Shown: positions 37,690 to 50,080 of the stretch, in pieces
How positions within the stretch are numbered: position 1 is the first letter of the stretch
Layout: every line of letters starts with the position of its first letter
NCBI RefSeq assembly: GCF_020745735.1
Contig: NC_083445.1
Coordinates: forward strand, 12,834,001-12,898,000
Direction of reading: 5' to 3'
Origin: Hemiscyllium ocellatum
Taxonomy: Eukaryota
DNA: 64,000 nucleotides
Program-made: the position numbers and the translations under genes
Notes under the pieces: model-generated
Databases searched by the model: none
What the model was told of the DNA's origin: nothing
The model's input: only the letters and a program-made list of their open reading frames with translations

Positions 37690-40600
37690 AGAGTCAGAGA
37701 GTCACACAACATGGAAACAGGCCCATTCGGTCCAACCAGTCCATGCTGACCATAATCCCAAACTAAACTGGTGACACCTGCTTGCATCTGGCCCTAATCC
37801 CTCCAAATATTTGTTTTTCATGTCCTTATCCAAATGTCTTTCAAATGTTGTAACTGTACCCGCATTCACCACTCCTCTGGAAGTTCATCCCACACACTAA
37901 TCACAGTCAGTGTTAAAAACAATTTGCCCCTCATATCTGTTGTAAATCTTTCTCCTCTCCTTAAAATATGCCCCCTAGTCTTGAAAACCCCCACCCTAGG
38001 GAAAAGACACCTGCCATTCACCTTATTTATACCCCTCATTACTTTATAAACCTCCGTAAGGTCACCTCCTACGCTTCAGTGAAAAACGTTCCAACTGATT
38101 TAGTCTCTCCTTATTGTTCAAACCCTCCATTCCTGGGAACATCCTGGTAAGTCTTTTCTGAACCCTTTATAGCTTAATACTATCCTTCCTGTAACAGGGG
38201 ATCAAAACTGGACACTGTAGTGGGCAACATGGTGGCTCATCGACTCAGTGGTTAGCACTGCTGCCTCACAGCACCAAGGACTCGGGTTAGATTCCAGCCT
38301 TAGGTGACTGTCTGTGTGGAGTTTGCACATTCTCCCCGTGTCTGGCTGGGTCTCCTCTGGTTTCTTCCCACTGTCCAAAGATGTGCAGGTTAGGTGGATT
38401 GGCCATGGGAAATGGACGGTTAGAAATGTAGGGTGGGTCTGGGTGGGATGCTCTTTGGAGGGTCAGTATGAACTGAGTGGCCTGCTTCCACACTGTAGGG
38501 ATTATATGATACTCCAATGTCCTCAATATGATGTCCCAAATTGTACACTCAAAATTCTGAGCAATCTATCAGGAAGGTTTTTCATCTAATGAAACAAACG
38601 GATCGGTTAAAGTGTCAGAAATAAGAGTGATGAACTTAGAGCATGGATCAGTACTTGGGACTACGATGTCGTGGCCATAATGGAGACGTGGGTTTCACAG
38701 GGACAGGAATGGTTGCTTGATATTCCAGGGTTTAGAACATTTAAAAAGAACAAAGAAGGTGGAAAAAGAAGAGGAGGTGTAGCATGGCTAATCAGAGAGT
38801 GCATCACAGCTACAGAAACCAAGGTTGTCAAGGAAGGTTTGTATGGGTGGAAGTTAGGAACAGCAAAGGAGCAGCCACTTCTTTGGGGGTTTTCTACAGA
38901 CCCTGTAATGGCAATAGGAAGATCGAAGAGCTCATAGGCTGGCAGAGTTTGAAAAAATGCAGATGTAGCAGGGTTGTTTTTATGGGTGATTTCAACTTCC
39001 CAATATTGACTGGAACCTCCTTAGTGCAGATGGTTTGGATGGAGCAGTTTTTGTCAGGTGTGTTCAGGAGGGTTTCCTCATTCAGTATGTAGACAGGCAG
39101 ACGAGGGGAGAGGCCATTTTGGATTTGGTGCTCAGCAATGAGCCAGGACAAGTGTCAGATCTCATGGTGGGAGAACATTTTTGTGACAGTGATCATAACT
39201 GCCTGACATTTATCATAGCTGTGGAGAGGGAAAGGAGCAGTTACCATGGGACGACATTTAATTGGGGAAAAGGAAATTATGATGCTGTCAGACAGGATTT
39301 GGGAAGTACAGATTGGGAGCAATTGTTCCACAGAAAGGGCACAGCAGATATGTGGAGACTGTTTAAGGAGCAGTTGTTGTGAGTGATGCACAAATTTGTT
39401 CCCCTGAGACAGGTAAGAAGGGGTAAGATGAAGGAGCCTTAGATGACCAGAACAGAGGAGCTTCCCATTAAAAAGAAGAAGGCAGCTTATGTAAAGTGGA
39501 GGAAGCAAGAGTCTAGCACAGCTTTAGAGGATTACAGGCTTGCTAGAAAGGAGCTCAGAAATGGACTGGGGAGAGCCAGGAGGAGCAGGAAAAAGGACGG
39601 ATTAGGGAGAACCAAAGGCATTTTACTCATACGTAAGGAATAAGAGAATAATCAGTGAGAAGGCAGGGCCGGTCAGGGTTAGGGCAGGGGACTTGAGCGT
39701 GGAGTCTGAGCAGATAGGGGAAGCCCTAAGTCAGTCTTTTGCTTCAGTTTTCACTAAGGAAAGGGAACTTGTTGTGAATGAGAACTTTGAGGAGCCGGGA
39801 AACAGGCTTGAATAGATCGAGATTGAGGAAGTGATGTGCTGGAAATTTTGGTAAACATTAAGATTGATAAGTCTCCAAGGTCAGACCAGATTTATCCCAG
39901 GTTGCTCTGGGAAGCGAGAAAGGAGATTGCTAAGCTGCTGGTAAAGATCTTTGCATCGTCACTCTCCACGGGAGTCGTACTGGAGGATTAGAGAAAGGCA
40001 AATGTTGTTTCTCTTTTCAAGAAGGGTAATAGGGAAATCCCTGGCAATTACAGACCAGGCAGTGTTATGGCTGTGGTCAGCAAGGTTTTGGAAAGAATTC
40101 TGAGGGATAGGATTTATGACTATTTGGAAAAGCATAGCATGATTAAAGGCAGTCAGCATGGCCTTGTGAGGGGCAGGTCATGTCTAACAAATCTTATTAA
40201 GTTCTCTGAGGAGGTGACTAGACAGTTGATGAAAGTCGAGCAGTGGATTTGGTGTATATGGACTTCAGCAAGGCATTTCAGCAAGAACCTTCAGCAAGGT
40301 TTCCCCATGGTGGGCTCAGGAGGAATGGGAGACAGGGAGATTTGACTGTCTGTATTCAGAATTGGTTGGCCGACAGAAGGCAGATAGTGGTTGTAGATGG
40401 AAAGTTTTCTGCCTGAAGGTCAGTGTTGAGTGGGGTCCCGCAGGGCTCTGTTCTTGGGCCCCTGCTCTTTGTAGTTTTTATAAATGACTTGGATGAGGAG
40501 TGGGTTAGTAAATTTGCCAATGGAGGTACCGTTGATAGTATTGAGGGCTATTGTAAGCTGCTGCACAACATTGACAGAATGCAGAGTTGGGCTGAGAAAT

Positions 40601-41620
40601 GGCAGATGTAGTTCAATCCGTATAAATGCAAAGGGATGCATTTTGGAAGGTCGAACTTGAATGTTGATACAGGATTCTTGGCAGTGTAGAGGAACAGAGG
40701 AATCTTGGTGTTCAAGGGAATAGATCCCTCAAAGTTGCCACCCAAGTGGATAGGGTTGTTAAGAAAGAATATGGTGTGTTGGCTTTCATTAACACGGGGA
40801 TTGAGTTTAAGGGCCGCAAGGTTTTGCTGCAGCTCTACAAAACCCTGGTGAGACCACACATGGAATATTGTGTCTAGTTCTGGTTGCCCTACTATAGGAA
40901 AGATACAGAGGCTTTGGAGAGCATGCAGAGAAGGTTTACCAGGATACTGCCTGGACTGGGGCTTGTCTTATGAAGAAGGGTTGACTAAGCTCGGACTTTT
41001 CTCTCAGGAGAGAAGGAGGAAGAAACGTGACCAGATCGAGGTGTACAAAGTAATGAGAGGCATGTATACAGTCGATAGCCAGAGACTTTTCCCCAGGGCA
41101 GGATAGATTGCCACGAGGGGTCATAGTTTTAAGGTGTTAGGAGGAAGGTATAGAGGAGACGTCAGAGGAAGATTCTTTACGCAGAGAGTTGTGAGCGCAT
41201 GGAATGTGTTGCCAGTGGTGGTGGAAGCAGAGTCATTAGGACATTTAAGCGATTGCTGGACATGCATGTGGACAGCAGTGAGTTGACAGGTAACATGGTT
41301 AGGTTATTTTATTTTAGACTAGGAATAATCTTCAGCACAACATCGGAGGCCGAAGAGCCTGTTCTGTGCTGTACTTTTCTATATTCTATGTTCTATAAAG
41401 GCAAGCCTGCTAAACACCTTCTTAACCACCCTGTCTACCTGTGATGCAAACTTCAAAGAATTATCAGTCTGAACCTCGAAGTCTCTCTGTTCCACAACAC
41501 TACCCAGGGCCCTACTTTATAAGTATAAGTCCCACCCTTGTTTGTTTTACCAAAATGCAATACCTCACATTTATCCAAATTAAGCTCTGTCTGCCTCTCC
41601 TTAGCCCATTGACCTAACAA
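37690..41620 (-). mobile_element. Host CR1 fragment, interrupted by an HE1-like SINE (about 38221-38505) and the long plus-strand CR1
   Basis: Minus-strand CR1 sequence breaks at ctgagcaat (about 38565) and resumes at aaaggcaagc (about 41397). Confidence 0.75.
38566..41396 (+). mobile_element. Long degenerate CR1 (HER1-like) LINE ORF2: APE endonuclease + RT + 3' tail
   Basis: [47 protein letters not shown]; many frameshifts; tail ttctatgttctat. Confidence 0.95.
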
Positions 41621-42219
41621 ATCAGGATCGGTTTCAAAGTGAGGTAAGAAATGAAGAGACTCAGAGAAATTTACAACAGGGAGTGTCAGAACATATGATG
41701 AAGGTCAGAATATGGATAATGAAAGTTTTAAAATTAGGTACATATGAACATGCGGAAGAATAAATGAATTCAGAGCTGGAGTCGGCCACTCAGCCTGGTT
41801 CAACCATTCTGTAAGATCACGGTAAATCTCATTATTCCACATTTCTGCCGATTATAACTAACATTTCATTGCCTTACTCATCAACAGTCTATCAACAATT
41901 ACCTTTAAAATATTCACCAACCTGGCTTCCACTGTCTTTTCAGGAGAATTTCAAATTCTCTAAGAGAAAAAAAATTCTCCTCATCTCTGTCTGAGATGGG
42001 TCATTCCCCTGCATGTGAAAACACCCTCTCTACCCTCACCCTCTCAAAACACTTCAGGATCTTTTATGTTTCAATCAAGACATCTGTTACTTTAAAAAAC
42101 AGATACAAACTCCAGCAGATACAAGCCTAATCTGTCCAGCCTTTCCTCGATAGACAATCAATGGAACAATCTCATAAACATTTGCTGAAATGTGTTTACA
42201 TTACTCTTTCAAGAAAGTG

Positions 42220-42608
42220 AAAAATCGCACAACACCAGGTTATAGTCCAACCGGTTTATTTATAAGTACAAGCTTTTGGAACGCTGCAGAAATTTGATGT
42301 CTGTGTTGATATGCCCGGTCATCTTGGCAAGTTCCTGCAGAAATGCAAGAAAACAGGAAAGATCCCAAAAGGACTATGGATCATGAACCCACTCAAGTCG
42401 ACCTACAACACAGACTCAGTCTAGGTTTGTTCAATACTTTGCATTAATTGTGTAACACTTTGATCTTTTGCTATAAATTATGTGTCATGATCCCGCCCTG
42501 CGAGCTACCTGAAAGCTAGTACATCCAACTAAACCTCTTGGACTATAACCTGGTGTTGTGTGAGTTTTAACTTTGTCCACGCCCATCCAACACTGGCACT
42601 TCCACATC
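42220..42608. mobile_element. Rearranged PLE of a third family: inverted termini and an N-terminal ORF fragment
   Basis: acaacaccaggttatagtcc / ggactataacctggtgttgt inverted pair; FLQKCKKTGKIPKGL-type segment. Confidence 0.6.
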
Positions 42609-43485
42609 CTAAATAAATTGATCAATATTGTACACAGTGCTCCAGATGTGGTCTCATCATTGCTCTGTATAACTGATGCATAAACTCCACACTTTTGCAT
42701 TCAATTCCCCCTGCTATAAACCGTAATGTTTCAAACACTTCAGGATCTTTTATGTTTCAATCAAGACATCTGTTACTTTAAAAAACAGATACAAACTCCA
42801 GCAGATACAAGCCTAGTCTGTCCAGCCTTTCCTTGTGTTGTAGGTCGACTTGAGTGGGTTCATGATCCATAGTCCTTTTGGGATCTTTCCTGTTTTCTTG
42901 CATTTCTGCAGGAACTTGCCATAGAGGCATACGGCATGGAAACAGACCCTTCCGTCCAAGCAGTCCATGTTGACCATAATCCCAAACTAAACTAGATCCC
43001 TCCTGCCTGTGCTGAGCCCACATCCCTCCAAACCTTTCCTGTTCATGAATTTATCCAAATGTCTTTTAAACGTTGTAAATGTACCCAAACCAACACTTCC
43101 TCTCCAAGTTCATTCCATGCATGAACCACCGTCTGTGTAAAAAAGTTGCCCATCATGTTTTTTTAAAAATCTTTCTCCTCACAACTTTAAAATTTCATTC
43201 GCTTCCTGAATAATTTTCCAATTCAGGCACCAAGACGACCTGAACCTTCTCCATCTCACAGACCTGCATTCCCTCAGCGTGTAGGTAACATTTTTTATTT
43301 ATTCTTCCAGTCAAAATAGAGAGTTTCACATTTTCCTGCATTATTCTCCAAGGGTGCAGAAGTAGTGGAGTGCAAATATCTAAGAGGATTGTGGGACTGG
43401 AGGAATTGGGAGATTGGGAGGGAGAGAGAGATTTGAAAACAAAGATAGGAATTTAAAAACAAAACTTTACTTAATGGAGACAAGA

Positions 43486-43622
43486 ACAAACCACTATAAA
43501 TACCGGAAGAAACATCAAAGCAGCGCTTCACAGGAGGCTCCAATAGCACTGATGATGTTCCCTAGCCAGGTAACGAAACGTTTGCAGCAAAAACTTCCAG
43601 CTCGGCGAACAGAACCACAACA
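43486..43622 (+). mobile_element. Short 3' fragment of the 54-57 kb PLE family with hammerhead motif (43546-43585)
   Basis: Matches 56610-56745; TSD ggagacaaga. Confidence 0.88.
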
Positions 43623-43646
43623 GGAGACAAGATAGCATTGACAATA

Positions 43647-44288
43647 TGGCAGTGAAGAAGGCTTTTGGCACACGGGCTTTCATCTGTCAGGGCACTGAGT
43701 ATAGGAGTTGAGAAGTTATGTTGCAGTTATACAGGATGTTGGAAAGGCCGCACTTGGAGTATTGAGTTCAGTTTTGGTCACCTTGTTAATAGGAAGGAGG
43801 TTATTAAACTGGAAAGAGCACAGAAGAAACTTACAAGGATGTTGCCTGGACTCAACGGTTTGAATTATAGGGAGAGGTTGGAAAGGCTAGGACTTTTTTC
43901 TTTGGAGCATAGGAGACTGAAGGAGGACTTTATAGAGGTGCATAAGATCATGAGAGGCATGGATAGGGTGAATGCACTCAGTCGTTTTCCCAGAGTTGGA
44001 GAATCAAGAACTAGAGGGCATCATTTTAAGGTTAAAGGAAACCTGACAGGCAACTTTATCACACGGAGGGTGGTATGCATATGGAATGAGCTGTCAGTGT
44101 AAGTGGTTGAGGCGGGTACATTAACAACATCTAAAAGGTATTTGGACAAATACATGGATAAGAAAATTTTAGAAGGATATGGGCCAAGTGCAGGGAAATG
44201 GGGTTTGCGTGGGCAGACATTTTGGTCGGCATGGACCGGTTTGGGCTAAAGGGCCTGTCTCCATACTGTGGGACTCTCTGACTCTATC
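43647..44288 (+). mobile_element. CR1 3' fragment flanked by an 84-bp direct duplication
   Basis: RLGLFSLEHRRLKEDFIEVHKIM. Confidence 0.9.
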
Positions 44289-46239
44289 GGGAGGGAGAGA
44301 GGGATTTGAAAACAAGGATAGGAATTTAAAATCAAAACTTTACTTAATGGAGATAAGATAGTATTGACAATACTGAGATTATACAGTGGAGGTCAGTAAT
44401 GTCAGTAAAAGAGAGCTTGGTCCTCTGTCACCTTCCTGATAGGATTTTTAAAAAATCTTTTTGAGATTCTTCATCTGTTTTCTTCTCTACGAAGCTTCTT
44501 GACGCAATCTCTTTGATCAAGCTTCTGCTTATCTATGCTACTATCCTCTTATGTGGCTTGGTCATAGAGAGGCAGAGTCATAGAGAGACCTACAGCTCAA
44601 AGACAGGCCCTTTGGCCCAAACCAGTCCATGCCGACCAAATTGTCCATTCCCGCTAACCCCATTTCCCTGCACTTGGCCCATGTCCTTCTAAACATTCCC
44701 TATCCATGTATTTGTCCAAATGCCTTTTAAATGTTCTTAATGTACCCGCCTCAACCACATCTGCTGGCTGCTCATTCCATATGTGTACCACTCTCTGCAT
44801 TCCCTTTTATTCTTTCCCCTCTAACCTCGGTGGGTCATTGTGTTTTACCATTTTGAAGTGTTTACAAATTGGCATTTTATTCCCCCTCCCACCCACCCTA
44901 TCCCCATGGTAGTATTCGAATGGGTGGGGGTGGGCATTGCTAGTGATGGCACATGATGTAGTCAGGGTGGAGAGTGTGACCTGATTACTGCCCTTGTCTT
45001 TCTTTGCGTTATCATCTCATATAGTCTGAAGGAATACCTGACACTGAATAGGACCAGGGAATAGTGATGGATTGGGTTTGAATTGATTATATAAATATTG
45101 GGAGCCAGTCATCAGTGGGGTGGGAGTTTGCTGAAATGTACCTAATTAACATGAAGCTCTCAGTTGTGAACTTGAATTCTGCATGAATATAGTTATGCTT
45201 TGGTGCAGAACAAATGGGGCTGGGAGATATTGTTGAAGTAACCTTGGTAAAAACTGCAGCAGTACATCTTCTTAATAGTACATAGCAGGGCGACAGCGCA
45301 TATGTGATGGGGGAAGAGGAGGGGGGTGTTGTCCATATCCATAAAGATTACAATTTCTAGGCATTGTTTCTCAATGATGAAAGTTGGAAGGGATTTACAC
45401 CTTGTGTTCCTAATATCTTTAGATTTCTGATCATTACCACATTATTGTTTGAGAGAATTGAATGTTGACTATCATATTTCCCATTAGAACAGTAATCGCA
45501 CTCAATGGCAATGAAATGCTTTGGGATGTCATGAAAGGTGCTATATAAATGCAAGTCTTTCTATCCTTGCCATTGAGTGCTGTTCATGTAGTGTAGTAAA
45601 ATCTTTGAATTAAAATAGACTATAAAGGCATGCCATACTGCATGTATTCTCAAATAAGGAAACAAAAAGGGATATAGATTTAAACAAGACAGGTATAACG
45701 AAGCACTAGGGCTGACAGATTTTTATGTCCAACTCAATGACATTATGTTTCCCTTGTGCCGTGCTTTCTCCCTTTCATTGACTTTGTCTCAGTTCTGCTG
45801 AAAGTATTAACTCCCATTGTAGTAAACACGAAGAGAGCATTCCATTTTAGTGGCATTGCACCAAGTCCAAGCTCAAGAGCAGGTTTGTTCTCACCCAATA
45901 ACTGCACTCCTGTAATCTCCAGCAGAATGTCAGGGAAACAGTTCAGGCTGGGGAGCCTTTCTGTGCTCCCCAGATCCAATAGAAGGCTTCTATAGCGAAA
46001 AGTGGTACTGAAATCATGTAACTCATCAGAAATCTCTTAGTGTATAATCCTTCATGACTTATACTTTAAAAATTGGGATGTTGTGAGTTCTGACTATACT
46101 GGGTCAGAGCTCTCAAATAAATATAGCACTATTGCCTCACCATGAATGCATCAAAGTACTGGGACTCCCTAATGTACAGTACAGTAGGACTGGCTAAACA
46201 ATACAGACTGAAGTAGTTTGTATAGGTTCACCAATACCG

Positions 46240-46948
46240 TAGGGTCATACAGCATGGAAACAGACCCTTCGGTCCAACCAGTCTATGCCGGCCATTAAAA
46301 CTGAAAGAACTGCGGATGCTGTAAATCAGAAATGAAAACAGAAGTTGACGAAAAAGCTCAATAGGTCTGGCAGTATCTGCGAAGAGAAATCAGAGTTAAT
46401 GTTTCGTGTCTGGGTGAGGAAGGTGTCACCGTTTGTGTGCTGACCGTAATCCCAAACCAAACTAGTTGCACCTGCCTGCACTTGGCCTATATCCCTCCCA
46501 ACATTTCTTAATTATGAATTTATCTAAATGGCTCTAAGTGTATCTACATCTACTACTTCCTTTGGAAGTTCATCCTACACACAACCCACTCGTGTGTAAA
46601 AAACTTGCCCATGTCCTTTTTAAATCTTTCTCCTCTCACCTTAAAAATATTCCCCCCAGTCTTGAAATCACCCACGCTAAGGAAAAGATACCTGCTGTTT
46701 ACCTTAAACGTACCTTTCATGATTTTATGGACCTCAATAAGGTCACACCTCTAACATCCAGTGAAAAAAGTCCCAGCCTTTCTAGCCTCTCCCTATAACT
46801 CAAACCCTCCATTCTCAGCAACGTTCTGGTAAATCTCTTCTGTTTAATAATTTCCTTCCTGTAAAAGGGTGACCAGAACTGGACGCAGTGCTCCAGAAGA
46901 GACTCCAACATTTTATACAACCTCATCACGACATCCCAACTCCTATAG
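46240..46948 (-). mobile_element. CR1 3' fragment with a nested PLE-type tail (about 46297-46430)
   Basis: LYKML..LEHCVQFWSP..RLERLGLFSL. Confidence 0.8.
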
Positions 46949-47069
46949 TCCTATATTCTTAAAGATCTCCAGGAATGGGTAATCAATATTCTCACTAGCG
47001 ATGCCCATGATTCCCCCAAGTGATCTTCTAAAAAATCACTTCTGAACATAGAAAGATCAAAATTTTTAC

Positions 47070-47120
47070 CTTAGGCTCCAGGGCAAACTGGTTAAAACGC
47101 GCCCAAGTGAGAAGCGAATC
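47070..47120 (-). other. Candidate 51-nt upstream exon (5' UTR or coding) of the Tctex gene or of an antisense transcript
   Basis: ttttcaatatcatttccag| 51 nt |gtaaaa; frame 0 is open (DSLLTWARFNQFALEPK) and in phase with the 36786 exon. Confidence 0.35.
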
Positions 47121-49424
47121 CTGGAAATGATATTGAAAACACAATCTGAGGCTTCAGTGAGTGAGTTCTGATGAAATCAGCAAATTGCAATGAGTATCTG
47201 CCCTTTTAAGATTAATTCAGTTGTCACTTGGAGCCAGCACTGATCATGAATGTGAAGACTTGTGATAAGGTTCCTGACTGGATTGCTGTGTGTGGGATCC
47301 CAGTCCCAATCAGTGCTAGGCTGAGAAAGGGAGGGGAGGGAGTAGCATTGAGCTAATCACAAACTCATGAACAAGATCTTAAAAAGTAAATGTTTACTCT
47401 GGGTGTTGTTAACAACTTTAGCAATTGGAAAGCCATCCATCAGCCGCTGAACAGAATGAGACAGAAGCGCTGTGAAGTAGGCAGAGCATGCTTAAAAGTA
47501 AATATTTAAACTTTTTGAAAGGAAAAGCTTTTGAGTTATGGCTGGGGGGGGGGGGGTGGGGGGGTGGGGAGTAGCAATCCAATAACTTCTCATTATTCAA
47601 CTGAGCTATGATTACAGCTGTCAGTGAAGACAAAGCCAATGATAAGGTACTGGATTTCAGGGTCAGGCACTACTCAGAAATGAAATACTGGAACTGAGGA
47701 AATATGGTGTATTTCAATGGGAATTGTACCCTGCTGAGTTGTCACATCATTGAACAAGTTATTTAGAGTGACATGTGTACACCTAATGTTTTGGAACCAA
47801 CACATGCACTCAGACTTCACCAACAGGTGTAAGGATGTTTTTGTCACAGTGATTGAGAATAATTGGGCAGGTGCCTCTACGTTACAGCCCCTCCTCTCTC
47901 ATCCCGTTAATATTCCCTCCAGACTCCCCTTTAGCTCAGCCTTGAATTCTACCTTCTTCCTAACTTCACATGTCCCTTTCCTCGTCTGAATTCACCCATG
48001 CTACTCACCTCTTGTCCCCATCCCCTAGAAGTGATAACTGCTCAGTTTCTACTATTCCACCTTGTAGTGTTGCCCTTTCTGTTACCCTATCTTACCAAAA
48101 TTAGCTCATCAGTCTCTCAACAAAATGAACCACCCTCGGTGCTCTGGATTTGCAATCCACCTCTTCAATGTCCCTTTCCTCTCTTGGATGTGTCCGGTGC
48201 TTCCCAAATCCGTGTCTACCTTTCCCATGACATCGCGTCTGATCAGTTATCCATTCCTCCCACACAGCAACAAATGGATCTCATGAAAGTCGCAATTCAA
48301 ATTCCCTCTGAGTCACACCTCGTTCAGTCAATCCCTCATCCCTCAGAGTGTGAGACACCATCCTTCCTCAGCCTGTACCCTTTCACATGGTTATCCACAC
48401 CTCCCATCCTTGCCCTCAGTTTCCCACTTGGCAGGAATCACAAGAGGACATAATTTTAGGATAAGGGGCAGGAGATTCAGAGACAGGTGAGAATCTGGGA
48501 TGGAAACCTCCCAACCTTTAACACGTGAAATATAATAACATTTAAAGATGTGGGACAAATACAGGGAATTGGGATTTGATTAGAAGTAATTATGTATGTG
48601 CAGACCTAATGGACCTTTTGGGCGCCGTGTGACTCTATGACTGTCATCCTTTCATTTCACATTTAACTGTCCAATCATAGCCAGATCATCTCCAGAAGAC
48701 CATTAGACCATAAGACGGAGGAGCAGAAAGTAGGCCATTGAGTCTGCTTAGCCATTCAATTCTGGCTGATAAGCTTCTCAACACCATTCTCCCGCTTTCT
48801 CCCTGAATCTCCAGCAATGGCTTCTCCTCCCATTCATTTTCTATCCCAACATGCTGGTGCTTAGACCATACTACCGGCGGTTTGAGGTCAGGTTTGATAC
48901 ATGCACTGATGACACTCAGCTCCACCATCCCAGTGCCTCTTTAGCCTCTCGACTGCCTCAGAGTTTGCTGGTCTGGCCTCCTTTAGTAAAACACCGACAA
49001 AACTGAAGCCGCTGTTTTTGGTGTCTTGAGCATCAGATTCCATTTTCTCTCCATCGTAAGGACCACTTACTCCCAACTCTACAATGTCAGCATTGTCTCT
49101 GCCCTGCTCCAACTGAGTTTCTACTTCTCTCTCCTCCAGGGTGACAATCACAATCCTCTCCTGACTAGCTGCTCAGCTTCCACACTCATTGAACTTCACC
49201 TCTGCCATGATTTCTCACTTATTCCTTACCAGTTCCTCCCACTAACTCCAAATTCACATTTTCAGATTTCTCTGGAGATTCCTCCAGGAATTCCTCCTCA
49301 CTCTTCCCTCCTCAGATCCTCCTGCTCTACTAAACTCGGCATTCTGATGGCTCCGATCTTTGGTTCTACCACTGGTGACTGTTCCTTCAGCCTCCACACT
49401 TTGAAATCCACGAGAAGATGAAAA

Positions 49425-50080
49425 GAAAGTCTCTCCTGGTGCCAACTGGGTCGAGCGTATTGAGTTCCTAGGAGTGATGGTCACCAAAAATCTGTCCTGG
49501 TCTACCCATGTTGAAGCACAACAAATGCTTTTACTTCCTCAGGAGGTGAGGGATATTCGGTATGTCCATAAAGACTCTTACCAATTTTTACAGATGCACC
49601 ATAGAAAGCATTCTGTCTGGATGCATCACAGCTTGGTATGGCAACTGCTCTGCCCAAGACTGTAAGAAAGGACAGAGAGTTGTGAACACAGCCCAGTCCA
49701 TCACACAAGTCACCTTCAATCCATTGACTCCACCTACATTTCCTGCTGCCTCAGGAAGGCAGCCAACATCAGCACCGCGATTATACACTCTTCCAACCTC
49801 TTCCATCAGGCAAAGATACAAAAGCTTAAACACACATTCCAACAGATTCAAGAACAGCTTCTTCCTCGCCATTATTTGACTTTAGAATGGACCTGTCAAT
49901 TTAAATCTAATGCTGACTTTGTTCTCTGTGCACCTGCTCTGTTGCTGTAACAGTAGTATTCCTCGCTCTGTTCTGTTACCCTAATGCACTTTGTATGGTG
50001 TGATCTGCCTGTACTGCACTCAAAACAAAACTTTTCACTGTACCTAGGTACATGTGACAATAATGAATCAAAAATCAAAT
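49425..50080 (+). mobile_element. Rex-Babar LINE 3' fragment
   Basis: LTNFYRCTIESILSGCITAWYGNCS..RFKNSFF; (AAATC)n tail. Confidence 0.85.

Noticed and set aside
45743-46008. Minus-strand open segment after a tttcag acceptor as a terminal coding exon
   Set aside because: No recognisable homology and the frame is ambiguous
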